From the IMG/VR virus record IMGVR_UViG_3300045988_137393: a stretch of 64,000 nt of DNA. One strand, 5' to 3'. The position numbers and the translations under genes are program-made. Source of the DNA: a virus. Positions 52,403 to 62,477 of this stretch are shown here, piece after piece. Numbering within the stretch: the first letter of the stretch is position 1; every line of letters begins with the position of its first letter. The notes under the pieces were generated by a model. It saw only the letters and a program-made list of their open reading frames with translations, was not told the DNA's origin and did not search any database.

Positions 52403-53137
52403 TTATACTCTTTTGAGTTTTCCTGCTTTTAATAATGAAAGAAGTCGTGTGTTTTGATCTGAACTTCCTACATACCCAGCAATTCTATTAGCTTTTGCAA
52501 TTTTAATACGATGTGCTTTTGATGAATCTACTTTGATACTATCCAATGCAGACGAAATAGTAGTACACTTACTTGCGCACTTAGGATAATAACTTGATTT
52601 TTTATTTGATGTAGGCTTATTAGCTGTAGAAGTGATTGTATAAATAAATTCAACATGTCCTATCTGCTTTGGACGAGACGGATCAGTTCCAACAAACAAT
52701 ATTGCATCTCCGACCTTTAAAATTTCAGGATTTGTAATATGACCATTTTTAATCTTTACAGGAACAGTTTCAAACAATGAACTTGTATAAATTCCTGCCG
52801 TATTTAGTAACGGTACACTATATCCAATTTTCTTAAACGTAGCACATCCACTAGAAGAGCAGTCTGAATAATACTTCCCCTTATATGGAGTATATACATA
52901 TGGTCGTAACGACTGATTATATGAGTTCCGACCTAGAATGGTTTTGTATGTGTCATGAAACTTTTTTCGTCCAGAATCAGTAATTTTTTTTAATCGTCTT
53001 ACTGCAATAACTCCCTTATGTTTTCCGTTTGGAGCAATGCTTTTGTATCTGCTTTCAAGATATGTATACATATTTTTAGTAGACGGAGTTCCTGATCCAT
53101 GACCACACAATGTAATATCTTTTTCAGTTACTGCCAT
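52403..53137 (-). CDS. endolysin, NlpC/P60 or Amidase_5-like cysteine peptidase domain
   Basis: YSDCSSSGCATF (catalytic Cys context, as in YDCSSS of streptococcal phage lysins) and VGDAILFVG...QIGHVEFIY (His). Adjacent to the holin. Confidence 0.65.
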   Translation of the reverse strand: MAVTEKDITLCGHGSGTPSTKNMYTYLESRYKSIAPNGKHKGVIAVRRLKKITDSGRKKFHDTYKTILGRNSYNQSLRPYVYTPYKGKYYSDCSSSGCATFKKIGYSVPLLNTAGIYTSSLFETVPVKIKNGHITNPEILKVGDAILFVGTDPSRPKQIGHVEFIYTITSTANKPTSNKKSSYYPKCASKCTTISSALDSIKVDSSKAHRIKIAKANRIAGYVGSSDQNTRLLSLLKAGKLKRV

Positions 53138-53153
53138 AATAGTTTCCTCCTTC

Positions 53154-53378
53154 CTATGTTAATTCATGATTACACCATTTCTTATAAACTTCTTTTGTGT
53201 CGTTTCTAATAAAAGTCATTATAATAATTTTCTTTTCACATTTAGGACTATAACTCGTATATACATCCACTGGATAAACATTAGAGTCGATGTAAAAAGT
53301 TTGTTGATCTCGATTATATATACGAACAACTTCTTTTTCAGTGTAATTTCTTGGTTTTAAATTACTTTCAATTATCAT
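53154..53378 (-). CDS. hypothetical protein
   Basis: 74-aa ORF. Confidence 0.35.
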   Translation of the reverse strand: MIIESNLKPRNYTEKEVVRIYNRDQQTFYIDSNVYPVDVYTSYSPKCEKKIIIMTFIRNDTKEVYKKWCNHELT

Positions 53379-53404
53379 TCCTTTTTATCCCTCAATTGAA
53401 TAAC

Positions 53405-53452
53405 GTAAAAAATAGGGATTACAACATTGAATAGTGGTATGTCATAATCCCT
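53405..53452 (-). terminator. intrinsic terminator
   Basis: Stem agggatta / taatccct with inner acat/atgt pairs. The minus strand continues tattttttacg. Confidence 0.55.
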
Positions 53453-53465
53453 TATTTAAAAATCA

Positions 53466-53840
53466 CTATTCAACATTACGTTCAGCCTCTTTTTCGACTT
53501 TTGTAACAATATCCTTTTTGACAGATTTAGCCTCTGTCTTTTTATTTTCTTTCTTAATAACTTGTGCTTTTGCCTTCATAATAGAAGTAATAGAATTTTT
53601 ATAGCTTTCACCAAAATATTCTTTTCTGCTTAAATCCAATTTATTTAACTTATCTTTAGCTTCAATATCTGTCATGCGTCCATCTTCAAATGCGGAAGCC
53701 ACTTCGTCAATTTCATGACAATTATCTGAACACCAACAAAAATACCATGTTGGCTTCAAACGGTCTTCTGGATTACAAACTGGACAAAACGAATAAGTTT
53801 TACCGCAAAGCACACAAGTTCTCAATTCTTTCTTTGACAT
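53466..53840 (-). CDS. zinc-ribbon protein with Lys-rich tail
   Basis: CVLCGKTYSFCPVC plus CWCSDNCH, RBS aaggagga. Confidence 0.45.
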   Translation of the reverse strand: MSKKELRTCVLCGKTYSFCPVCNPEDRLKPTWYFCWCSDNCHEIDEVASAFEDGRMTDIEAKDKLNKLDLSRKEYFGESYKNSITSIMKAKAQVIKKENKKTEAKSVKKDIVTKVEKEAERNVE

Positions 53841-53854
53841 TATTCCTCCTTGTA

Positions 53855-53881
53855 AGAATAGGGCAGTAATTTAACTGCCCT
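53855..53881 (-). terminator. hairpin after the putative major tail gene
   Basis: agggcagt - aattta - actgccct. The T-tract is weak (tattctta). Confidence 0.45.
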
Positions 53882-53889
53882 ACGTGTCC

Positions 53890-54738
53890 TTATAATTCGA
53901 TGTCGTCCTCTTCCTCATCAATGTAATAAATAGAGAAAAGTTCTGCATCTGTAGAGCAAGCATTTAACATCATAGAACCCTTATAGTCCATTGTCTGAGA
54001 ATCACCACTCTGTAATGCAAGTGAGAACTCAGGACTTGGCATAAATGAAGGGATATGAATGATAGCTGCTTTTAATACATCAGTTTCACACTTATCTACT
54101 ACAAGTGCCTTGAAGAACAACTCATGAGACTTAGGGAACTTTTTACCAGAATTAGTAATCTTTGCTCCACTCTTAATTGTCTTCTTATACTTTATAATAT
54201 ACTGAGTTTCACCATCTGCAATAGGCGGTGTTAATACATCACTCGCAGGAGTTGTTACATGCTGATCTCCTGGATCTTTTGCCTCATCAGTATGCTTAAT
54301 TGCATATTCAGTAGCAGAAGCAGCAGATCCTTTCTTAAATTCGTCCTTACCCATAGAACCTTTTGTAGAAAGAGCATTTACATGAATAGAACCTTCAATA
54401 AATCCCGTAATATCCAATGTCTCGCCAGCTTTTACGATCTGAATCATCGGCATAACAATACCATTATCTGCGGTTGCAATCTCGGCATCAGTAGCAGAAA
54501 TAGTCTCTACAACAGCAAGATTAAGGAATGCGTTAGTTGCAGTAACCTCACCTTTCTTACCTGTATACTTACGATATACAAGGTTTCCATCCTTATCATT
54601 GATATCTGTTGAGTCAGCAGTAATATCAATATTTGCCTGTGTAAGCTGTGTTAAAGCATACAGAGGTGTACCATTAGACTTTGCACCGTAACCAAACTGA
54701 AGTCTATCTACGATTACGTCACCTAATTTAAATGCCAT
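53890..54738 (-). CDS. putative major tail (tube) protein
   Basis: 282 aa, strong RBS aaaggagga, followed by a hairpin (high-expression context). It comes after the head-tail genes. Acidic tail EEEDDIEL. The assignment is positional. Confidence 0.35.
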   Translation of the reverse strand: MAFKLGDVIVDRLQFGYGAKSNGTPLYALTQLTQANIDITADSTDINDKDGNLVYRKYTGKKGEVTATNAFLNLAVVETISATDAEIATADNGIVMPMIQIVKAGETLDITGFIEGSIHVNALSTKGSMGKDEFKKGSAASATEYAIKHTDEAKDPGDQHVTTPASDVLTPPIADGETQYIIKYKKTIKSGAKITNSGKKFPKSHELFFKALVVDKCETDVLKAAIIHIPSFMPSPEFSLALQSGDSQTMDYKGSMMLNACSTDAELFSIYYIDEEEDDIEL

Positions 54739-54790
54739 AATTATTTTCCTCCTTTAAAATTGTTATTTTTATGCAATAAAAAATGAGCGA

Positions 54791-55624
54791 TTATAATTCG
54801 CCCATAAAATTGATTAAGTCTTCGGGAATATCTTTGGCTGACACCATACCGCCATAGATCCCATGTAATGCAGCCGTTCCCTGTTCGTATTTTTGAATTC
54901 TGTTTACAGAATCCATAAACTGACATATATTCACTTGTTTTAATTCTTCCAACTTATATTTAAACCCAGGATGATTTATACAACTCGAAACAAGTGGTAA
55001 AAGAGTCGATATGCCTTTCTTTTTATCATCCTGTTCTGCTTTCATTCTATCTTCTTGTAAAATCCATTGTTTTGTTGTTCTACCTTTTGCCTTTTCAACC
55101 TTTGGATGAACATTCATCATCGCTCGAATAAATTCAGCAATTTCCATATATTCATCATCATAAATAATCATATTTTTATCTTGATTAAAAAGTGCAAGAT
55201 GATTGTATTCTGGATCGTCAACATTTTTTCTTGCTTGAATTAGTTCAAATCCATCAAAACTAAAATCTTTGAATAGTAGCTTTAACGGCTCTTTATCTTC
55301 GAGCAATTGATATAAGATATAAAACACTTCAATATCTTTTGTTTTGTTCCAATCCTTTTTAAATACATCATAAAGAAGAACTCGAATAGAAGTAGAATTA
55401 CTAAGAAAAGGAGAGATTGCTTGGTAAAATTTTGATTCACCAATATCTAAAATATCTCCTATAGTTGGAATGGAAATAGTAATACCATTTATAGTATAAT
55501 CTTCACCAAAATACATTTTAAGTTTGTCAAAATGGTATTCTGGATTATTACTTTTTTCTTGTTTCTTTTTTATATCTTCTTCAGCAGCAGATTGAAGATT
55601 ATTTAATGTCTCTAATACATCCAA
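54791..55624 (-). CDS. hypothetical structural protein
   Basis: 277-aa ORF in the head-tail block. Confidence 0.4.
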   Translation of the reverse strand: MDVLETLNNLQSAAEEDIKKKQEKSNNPEYHFDKLKMYFGEDYTINGITISIPTIGDILDIGESKFYQAISPFLSNSTSIRVLLYDVFKKDWNKTKDIEVFYILYQLLEDKEPLKLLFKDFSFDGFELIQARKNVDDPEYNHLALFNQDKNMIIYDDEYMEIAEFIRAMMNVHPKVEKAKGRTTKQWILQEDRMKAEQDDKKKGISTLLPLVSSCINHPGFKYKLEELKQVNICQFMDSVNRIQKYEQGTAALHGIYGGMVSAKDIPEDLINFMGEL

Positions 55625-55628
55625 ATAA

Positions 55629-56279
55629 TCACCGCCTTATACCGTAATTCATAATAGAAGACTTTTTATCTGTTGTTTTATGAATTCCATTAGTATCAAC
55701 AACTTGGAATACGAGAGTGCGAACAAGATAATTATTATCTGTTGTAGATTCCTTTGATGATACAAGATGTGTTTGCATTCCAAATATATTAGACCAATTA
55801 AATCGCTCTCTTATAATAGAAGCAATGAGGTCATGCCTTGGAATACCTGTTAATTTATCATTTCTGTCATTACCATGAACAAAAATAGTGAATGTAACAT
55901 TCGTATACTTTAATGTATCCTGATAGCGAGGCATTTCATCAAAAGATACTTGGTAACAGATATAATGTTTTACCTCCGTCTGAGTGTCAGGAATAAACAA
56001 ATAAGGACGGATATTGGATGTTCCACCAAAATATCTATCCCATTCCCCAAGAGGTTCATACTCTTTTGTATCTTCGTTCCATTCCCAGTTGATATTACCA
56101 TCATCGTCAAAAAGTTCAGATTCTAATGACTTCTCATTAAGTGCATATAAAAGACATGGATTAAGCATAAGTGCTTTTTCAATCTTTTTCTTATACTGAA
56201 TATTTTCATCATCAGGAGTAGTCTTATATGCACGAAGCTTATTTAACAAATCATTTTTTGTAACTAATTTTTCTGCCAT
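55629..56279 (-). CDS. hypothetical structural protein
   Basis: 216-aa ORF, RBS ggaggtg. Confidence 0.4.
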   Translation of the reverse strand: MAEKLVTKNDLLNKLRAYKTTPDDENIQYKKKIEKALMLNPCLLYALNEKSLESELFDDDGNINWEWNEDTKEYEPLGEWDRYFGGTSNIRPYLFIPDTQTEVKHYICYQVSFDEMPRYQDTLKYTNVTFTIFVHGNDRNDKLTGIPRHDLIASIIRERFNWSNIFGMQTHLVSSKESTTDNNYLVRTLVFQVVDTNGIHKTTDKKSSIMNYGIRR

Positions 56280-56289
56280 AAAACACCTC

Positions 56290-57528
56290 CTATTCAGTTA
56301 ATTCTAACGACAAAATTTCAGATTCAATCGACAAGTTATCCTTAACAATTTCACATTTAACAGATAATATTTTGCCGATAGTAGAAGTGTCGTTGGGAAA
56401 CTTTGCTTTCTTTTGGTTGTACTCTGTACCAGCTCGCCATGTTACTTTATCAGTCCAGCCTTCATTATCAATAGAACAAGTCCATGTAAAAGTTGCATCA
56501 GCATATTCAGTTGTAATATCTTCATTGGAATCGTTGAATAGATTTACTGTGAGATTTTTATAAGAGCCGCCAACTTTGATTGTTGAAGTGGATGCTGAAA
56601 TTCTTGCTGTTATAGAAGATGGGGGAGTGGTTGGAGTAGATGAATCTGTTGGGGCGATTTCTGAATCGAAATAGTTCGCATACATTTCGCCTGTTTCAAG
56701 ATTAACATAATCGGTATGCTCGTTAAATCTATCCTGATAGAGTGTAAGCTTTTGAATACCAAGAGGTTGAGTGTTCTCACATTTTGTAATACGCCATGTG
56801 ACAGGTTCTTTAATAGGCGCGCTTACGATAAGGCGCATATTTTTATCATTGTCATCAGAATACCAAAACTTCTCTGTTATAGAATTCATTGAAAACCATA
56901 ATTTAGTTTGATTGTCTGGGCGTGAGAACACTTTGTCTACATAACTGCCGCTGGTATATGATGACTGCATACGAATTGCACACCACATATTTCTTTTATA
57001 TCTTTTATCACCATCTTGTTCTATCCAATACAGACGATAATTCAGTGGCAAAATTAAAAATTTTGGGAACTGATTGGCAGGTTCATCACGACAAATAAGC
57101 CATTTGTGATAAATTCCTCTATCATCTGGAATATCAATCATCATACCGATTGGGTAGTCAGCTCCATACTTTTTATGAAAGTCTTTCTCATAATAGTAAA
57201 GTTCGTCTTTCTCTGTGAAATCAAACTTCTCATCGGGTCTAAACTGAATATAATAATCAACCTGATCCTTATCCATAGACTGATACGATTTAACAATAAA
57301 CTTAATATCAATACGAGTTTTTGTTGTATTCTCATATGTCATATGATCTTTTATTTCTGGTTGGTCATCATGGAAGTAGTCATAGATATATGCGACTTTA
57401 CTTTGGGGATCATTCCACCATGTCTGTTCCATCGCCCAATCAGACTGTTCCTTATAAATCTGACCAATCGTTTTAGCACCGTTGTTCTTGGCGTTTGCGA
57501 CACGCCTAGCTGTTTGTAGACTCGGCAT
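56290..57528 (-). CDS. structural protein with C-terminal Ig-like (Big_2-type) domain
   Basis: Start at the Met 9 nt after gaggagg. The C-terminal ~90 aa (ISASTSTIKVGGSYKNLTVNLF...FTWTCS...ILSVKCEI) has the alternating beta pattern of Ig-like decoration domains. Confidence 0.45.
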   Translation of the reverse strand: MPSLQTARRVANAKNNGAKTIGQIYKEQSDWAMEQTWWNDPQSKVAYIYDYFHDDQPEIKDHMTYENTTKTRIDIKFIVKSYQSMDKDQVDYYIQFRPDEKFDFTEKDELYYYEKDFHKKYGADYPIGMMIDIPDDRGIYHKWLICRDEPANQFPKFLILPLNYRLYWIEQDGDKRYKRNMWCAIRMQSSYTSGSYVDKVFSRPDNQTKLWFSMNSITEKFWYSDDNDKNMRLIVSAPIKEPVTWRITKCENTQPLGIQKLTLYQDRFNEHTDYVNLETGEMYANYFDSEIAPTDSSTPTTPPSSITARISASTSTIKVGGSYKNLTVNLFNDSNEDITTEYADATFTWTCSIDNEGWTDKVTWRAGTEYNQKKAKFPNDTSTIGKILSVKCEIVKDNLSIESEILSLELTE

Positions 57529-57871
57529 CGCAACCCACCTCCTCAAACATTTGCTTAATATATCCGTGAGAATCTAAGATTGCCCTACGGAATTTTTTGT
57601 AACTAAAATGGTCACTCTTGAAATTATCCATAGCACCTTGCAAGGTTGCCATAAGAGTTACCATAAGTCCGTTGTCGTTAAATAGAGTTTTTGTGCCACC
57701 TAATTTAAACATAACATTCTCAAAGAAGATGAGAAATGCTTCATCATCTTCAAATATTTTCTCTTCAATTGTTTTGTCTTTGTAGAGCAGTAGCTTGTGA
57801 ATGTCACCATGCATTGCACGAACTGCTTCATTGATTTGCTTGTCTGTGAAGTCACCATATATGTATTGCAT
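57506..57871 (-). CDS. hypothetical head-tail protein
   Basis: Start moved to the Met just after the upstream stop. 121 aa. Confidence 0.35.
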   Translation of the reverse strand: MQYIYGDFTDKQINEAVRAMHGDIHKLLLYKDKTIEEKIFEDDEAFLIFFENVMFKLGGTKTLFNDNGLMVTLMATLQGAMDNFKSDHFSYKKFRRAILDSHGYIKQMFEEVGCDAESTNS

Positions 57872-57872
57872 A

Positions 57873-58328
57873 TTAGGACTCCGTTGACGAATATGGTTTA
57901 AAAGCAAAACCATAATCACGAATAAGTTTTTGCTGTTCAATTTTCATTTCTTTCAGCAATGCCTTATTCAATGAAAAATCGTCCTTCAATTTTTTTTCTT
58001 CTTTTCCACCGAAAAACCTTACAGTATTTTCCAATGATTTAACTTTTGGTTCAAGCCATTTTATAGCCATACCTTTGCTAAACAGTTCAATAACAAATTC
58101 TTCATCAGAATACTCGTCAACAGAAGTTGTTAATTCAAATTCAAACTGTTCCATTTCATCATCAAGTTTTAATGTGGAAAATAATCTACGAATAAATGGA
58201 CTAGAGATAGCAGAATGTAAACGTTCTGCTAATATTTCATGCAAATCAGACTCTTTTAAAGACAATTCTTTGACATCATCAATTAATCCAAAGTATCTGT
58301 CGAATACTTTTTCGTAGGAGATATTCAT
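57873..58328 (-). CDS. hypothetical head-tail connector-like protein
   Basis: 151 aa, RBS ggaggtg. Confidence 0.35.
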   Translation of the reverse strand: MNISYEKVFDRYFGLIDDVKELSLKESDLHEILAERLHSAISSPFIRRLFSTLKLDDEMEQFEFELTTSVDEYSDEEFVIELFSKGMAIKWLEPKVKSLENTVRFFGGKEEKKLKDDFSLNKALLKEMKIEQQKLIRDYGFAFKPYSSTES

Positions 58329-58345
58329 ATAACACCTCCAATATA

Positions 58346-58915
58346 TTACTCAGCAAGTAACTTCAAATCAGTACCGCATTCCTCATCAATAATCTTGATT
58401 TTATTCATACTGTCAAAAGTTCCTTCTGAAATCATTTCAGAAACCATTGTTGCGATTGTATTTTTGAAACCAGATGGAAGTTTTCTAAACTCTTCACTAA
58501 AACGCATAGTAGGAAGATTGATAAGATTTATTAAATCCTCTCTATCATATAAACCATCATATACTTTTTTAACTTCCTGCCAATGTACATTTTCAAGCAG
58601 CTCCTCATCTTCAATAATGATATAAGGTGCAAATAAAGACTTCTTACGAACAAGTAAGGCTGAGAGTAAGTCCTGATACTCAATATATCTGAAATCACCC
58701 ATGTTACTAAACTCATATGTAATCTTTGTCTTATCACCAGTAAATAAAAGAGTACCTGCATACATAGAACGACATGGAATTAAATCATCTGGTTCATACT
58801 TCTTAGGTTTCTTAACCTCTGCAACTGTTTCCTTTACTGTATCTTTTTCAACCCTTGTATCTTCTGCCTTTGTTTTTGCGGCTGAAGTAGTTGTAGCTTT
58901 CTTCTGATAAGCCAT
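58346..58915 (-). CDS. hypothetical protein
   Basis: 189 aa, RBS aaaggaga. Confidence 0.4.
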   Translation of the reverse strand: MAYQKKATTTSAAKTKAEDTRVEKDTVKETVAEVKKPKKYEPDDLIPCRSMYAGTLLFTGDKTKITYEFSNMGDFRYIEYQDLLSALLVRKKSLFAPYIIIEDEELLENVHWQEVKKVYDGLYDREDLINLINLPTMRFSEEFRKLPSGFKNTIATMVSEMISEGTFDSMNKIKIIDEECGTDLKLLAE

Positions 58916-58939
58916 TTATATTTTCTCCTTTCACTCAAT

Positions 58940-58975
58940 TCAAAAAGGACTGCATATCATTTAGATATACAGTCC
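58940..58975 (-). terminator. intrinsic terminator after the capsid gene
   Basis: 12-bp stem ggactgcatatc / gatatacagtcc (one wobble on the minus-strand RNA), followed on the minus strand by ttttt. Confidence 0.6.
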
Positions 58976-58990
58976 AAATATTTCTATGGA

Positions 58991-60091
58991 TTACGCACCG
59001 ATTGTCCAAGTACCAAATCTTGTGTTGGTCATAGTCTTGATACCAAAACGAGACTTGAACTCGTACTCTTTTGTATCATCGGCATTATCACCAGACTCAG
59101 ATACTTCCTTAGTCTCATCCATTCCCTCATAGTACATCTTAACAAACTTGTCGATGTTAGATGGGAGAATAAGAAGCTTTGTATCGTCTTCAAGGTAATG
59201 TTCTACGTCATTCTCCTTAAATGCCTGTGGAAGCTCGATAATCTGAGTACCCTCAAATGTACCAATTCTACCAGTGTTATAAACATCGTTCTTTGCAGCT
59301 TCAGAAACCCACTGAATATCTCCAAGGTTCTTTAATCCTGCAAGAGCAACCTTTGTACCAACAATAGTAGCGACACCACCTGTAGCAAGCTGAACATCAG
59401 AAATAAGCTTTACAAACTTATCATGGTTAGCTGCATTTAACTCACCACGGATATTCCACTTAGTAGGAACAGGAAGAGAAGTACCGGCACTCATAACAGC
59501 TTCATGAAGAAGAGTATTGATTAATCTTGTGAATGCTTCTGCAATCTTATTGATTAACTCACTCCAATCTTCAACGCCCTGAAGGAATCTTGACATTTCC
59601 ATGTAAACCTTTGCGCCATAAGACTTAACGTTCACACCAAATTCCTTGCCAGCACCAAGTCTCTGTCTCTCAATACTGTGATGACCATCAGCAATCTCAG
59701 CAACAGTAATAATGCAAGGATCTTTTGTATAGAACTTGTTTGTCTGTCCAAGAGCGAGAGTCTTAACTTCTACATACTTCTGGAATACAGGTGAACTTGT
59801 CCAACCAGATACAAGAGTATCTTCAACAGTCTCCTCAATAACCTCGAATACAGCCTCTCTTACAGACTGTTTCTTAAATGCCTTTCTTACCTCATTAGGA
59901 GTAGGAGACTCAGAAAGACCTGCCATCTCAATAATTGTTGTACGAATCTTATCATTTGCTTCTTCGATAGAATACTGCTTTACAGTACCCTTTGCTGTGT
60001 CAACACACAGACGAGAGAAATTCTTATATTTTGTTTCATCAAACTTTTCAACGATTACATCGCTCATTTCATTAAATCTTAATCTCTGCAT
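58991..60091 (-). CDS. putative major capsid protein
   Basis: 366 aa, strong RBS aaaggagga, flanked by terminator hairpins. It sits downstream of the scaffold-like gene. The assignment is positional and by size. Confidence 0.5.
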   Translation of the reverse strand: MQRLRFNEMSDVIVEKFDETKYKNFSRLCVDTAKGTVKQYSIEEANDKIRTTIIEMAGLSESPTPNEVRKAFKKQSVREAVFEVIEETVEDTLVSGWTSSPVFQKYVEVKTLALGQTNKFYTKDPCIITVAEIADGHHSIERQRLGAGKEFGVNVKSYGAKVYMEMSRFLQGVEDWSELINKIAEAFTRLINTLLHEAVMSAGTSLPVPTKWNIRGELNAANHDKFVKLISDVQLATGGVATIVGTKVALAGLKNLGDIQWVSEAAKNDVYNTGRIGTFEGTQIIELPQAFKENDVEHYLEDDTKLLILPSNIDKFVKMYYEGMDETKEVSESGDNADDTKEYEFKSRFGIKTMTNTRFGTWTIGA

Positions 60092-60118
60092 AGTATATTA
60101 ATCCTCCTTTCTACCGAA

Positions 60119-60640
60119 TTACGCATATACCTGGGCATTCTTATCTACCCAAATACGATAATTTCCATTTGCAGCAACCTCGTAGATATGTCCTACAAAA
60201 CCATACTCAGTCATACTTGGTTTTTCACCAGTTGTAAGCTTGAAGTCTGTACCATCTACGAATACATATTTTCCAACAGCTAATTCTGCATCAGAATTGA
60301 AAGCTTCTGTAGAAAGTGTGAATCTATCAGTGTCCTGAATCTCGTAAGCTCTCATAACTTCACCCTTACCGTTGTAGAAGTTAGATTCCTCCTGCATCTT
60401 TGTTGTATATTCCTCATAAATCTTTGGAGCAGTTAAAATGAGAACAATCTTGTCTCCCTTTGCAGGAACTTTTGCTTCAAACACATCTGCTTTCTTTCTG
60501 TCACCAATTACAGCAACAGAACCATTGTCAATATCCTTAGACTCATTTACTAAGTTGTAGTGATGACCAACTTTTGTAGCCTTAAGTAAAGTTGACTCAG
60601 CAACACCGTGCTTAGTATATGAAATGAAATTACTAGCCAT
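60119..60640 (-). CDS. hypothetical head protein (possible decoration protein)
   Basis: 173 aa, RBS aaggagga, between the scaffold-like and capsid genes. Confidence 0.35.
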   Translation of the reverse strand: MASNFISYTKHGVAESTLLKATKVGHHYNLVNESKDIDNGSVAVIGDRKKADVFEAKVPAKGDKIVLILTAPKIYEEYTTKMQEESNFYNGKGEVMRAYEIQDTDRFTLSTEAFNSDAELAVGKYVFVDGTDFKLTTGEKPSMTEYGFVGHIYEVAANGNYRIWVDKNAQVYA

Positions 60641-60678
60641 AGTTTTATTTCCTCCTTAAAATTTCTAATTTTTGTGCA

Positions 60679-60710
60679 ATAAAAAACACCTATGGATTTT
60701 TCCATAAGTG
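60679..60710 (-). terminator. intrinsic terminator-like hairpin
   Basis: cacctatgga - tttt - tccataagtg, followed on the minus strand by ttttttattg. Confidence 0.5.
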
Positions 60711-60739
60711 CTAATTCATAAAGTTATTTAGTTTTTGAT

Positions 60740-62446
60740 TTAATCAAACAGATCACCATATGGTTTATATGTATCTTCCGTTTCTTTTTCTGCATTAAAT
60801 GCAACTCTGCTCACATGTTTCTTCTGTGATGTTTCACCTGCAAAAGAGAATGTCTTATTCTTTTTAACAAGTTTTCCAAGAGTAGCATCAGCCTTCTCAG
60901 ATAACTCTTCCTTAGAATATTTGTTTACAGAATCCTCAGACATAAGTGCTTTGAATTCATCTGTATCAAGATATTCTGAATATGCTTCGTCATCAAATAC
61001 AGTCATCTTGTCTGCAAATACTTCAGCAGATTTATATGTGTTTAATTCCTCTACAACAGAAGAGTAGTTGGAACGCATGTCCTGAATTTCTGTATATTCT
61101 GAATCGGTAAGATATTCTTTGTGCAGATTATAGCGTTCACCATCAAATGATACATTGTCATTATCTTTTGTATATTTCTGACCGTAAATTTTACCGCCAT
61201 CCCAACTTTCATAAACAAAGTAAGAATCATATACACCAGTAATGTAATACCACTCATTATCTGCGTCTTCATAAGAAGATAAGAGATTATATAAAGCATA
61301 ACGAATGTCATCATGAGAAATTTCAAATGTCTTTGTCATATTCTCAAAATTCTGACCTTCGCCCTCATTATCTCCATCAGTAGTTCCTTCTGGCTCAGTA
61401 GTGTTTTCTCCATCACCTTCATTATCATTAGAAGGTTCATTCGCGGTATTATCACCAGAATTGTCACCATCTGTATTGTTGTCTTCACCAAATACTTCTG
61501 CAAATTTAGCCTCTAATTCTTCGTCTGATAATTCTGAATAATCAAAGGTTACATCTTCAACTGTTTTATTGTATTTAGCAAGTAACTCTTCAAATTTTGT
61601 CATACTTTCTTTATTTCCTCCTTCCTTTGATAATGTGTGAACAGAAGAATTCTGTTCTTTATTGAAACAAGCAGTCTCTAAATTTTCAATTCGTGCTTGT
61701 AGTTCAACCATTTTTGACTCATAATCTTCAAATAAACTGTTATTCTTAGAACTGAAATCTGCCAACTTAATATTTGAACCAGTCATTCCAGGCTTTACTT
61801 CATTGCCTTGAGGTGTTTTTCCTAGAATTGTCACACCAGAAAACCAAAAATCTTCAATATTTAAGAACTTCTGCTTTGCGTCATAACTGAGTTCTCGGAT
61901 TGACAATTCGACTGATACAGAGCATTCTTCTTCACGCTGTAAAATTTCAGCAGCTTTAGAATATTCCTCAAAAATATATCCATCGACTTCACAATAAGTT
62001 TTCTTCTTTTCTTCATCATAAACTAACTGTGCATTGCAACTTTCAGGTATGATTCCAATAGGATATTCATCATAAACCACATCACCATTCTCGTCTTCAT
62101 GCATATTATGAGAATAAAATTCCCACTGACCTTCTGGATTTTCATCGGTTGTTACCTTGTGAATGTATCCAAGAATAGGACGATTGCTAAAAGATGGAAG
62201 GGCAGCTTCCATGACAGAAGATTCAATATTAGAGCCGTTTACATTTAAATCTGTATGGCATGACTGTAAATGAACTGGAAGAAGCCCATCTTTGTTCTTG
62301 TCTGACTCATCAAAATTTATACGTCCATGTACTTGTACAACCAATGGTTCACCAGTTTTTTCGGCACTGAATTTCGTAGAACGTTTGTATTTATTTGAAT
62401 AGAAATCATACAAATCTTCTATATAACGAAGTCTTTTCTTAGCCAT
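60740..62446 (-). CDS. putative scaffolding / prohead protease-like protein with acidic low-complexity region
   Basis: 568 aa, between portal and capsid. Central tract GEDNNTDGDNSGDNTANEPSNDNEGDGENTTEPEGTTDGDNEGEG. No catalytic motif identified. Confidence 0.35.
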   Translation of the reverse strand: MAKKRLRYIEDLYDFYSNKYKRSTKFSAEKTGEPLVVQVHGRINFDESDKNKDGLLPVHLQSCHTDLNVNGSNIESSVMEAALPSFSNRPILGYIHKVTTDENPEGQWEFYSHNMHEDENGDVVYDEYPIGIIPESCNAQLVYDEEKKKTYCEVDGYIFEEYSKAAEILQREEECSVSVELSIRELSYDAKQKFLNIEDFWFSGVTILGKTPQGNEVKPGMTGSNIKLADFSSKNNSLFEDYESKMVELQARIENLETACFNKEQNSSVHTLSKEGGNKESMTKFEELLAKYNKTVEDVTFDYSELSDEELEAKFAEVFGEDNNTDGDNSGDNTANEPSNDNEGDGENTTEPEGTTDGDNEGEGQNFENMTKTFEISHDDIRYALYNLLSSYEDADNEWYYITGVYDSYFVYESWDGGKIYGQKYTKDNDNVSFDGERYNLHKEYLTDSEYTEIQDMRSNYSSVVEELNTYKSAEVFADKMTVFDDEAYSEYLDTDEFKALMSEDSVNKYSKEELSEKADATLGKLVKKNKTFSFAGETSQKKHVSRVAFNAEKETEDTYKPYGDLFD

Positions 62447-62477
62447 TTTCTTCTCCTTTCTTCAAAATTTAGGCATA

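Noticed and set aside
54741-54926. 61-aa ORF between the tail tube gene and the 277-aa gene.
   Set aside because: It overlaps the 3' end of the 54791-55624 ORF in another frame and has no RBS. The true intergenic space here is only about 50 nt and holds the RBS of the 53890-54738 gene.
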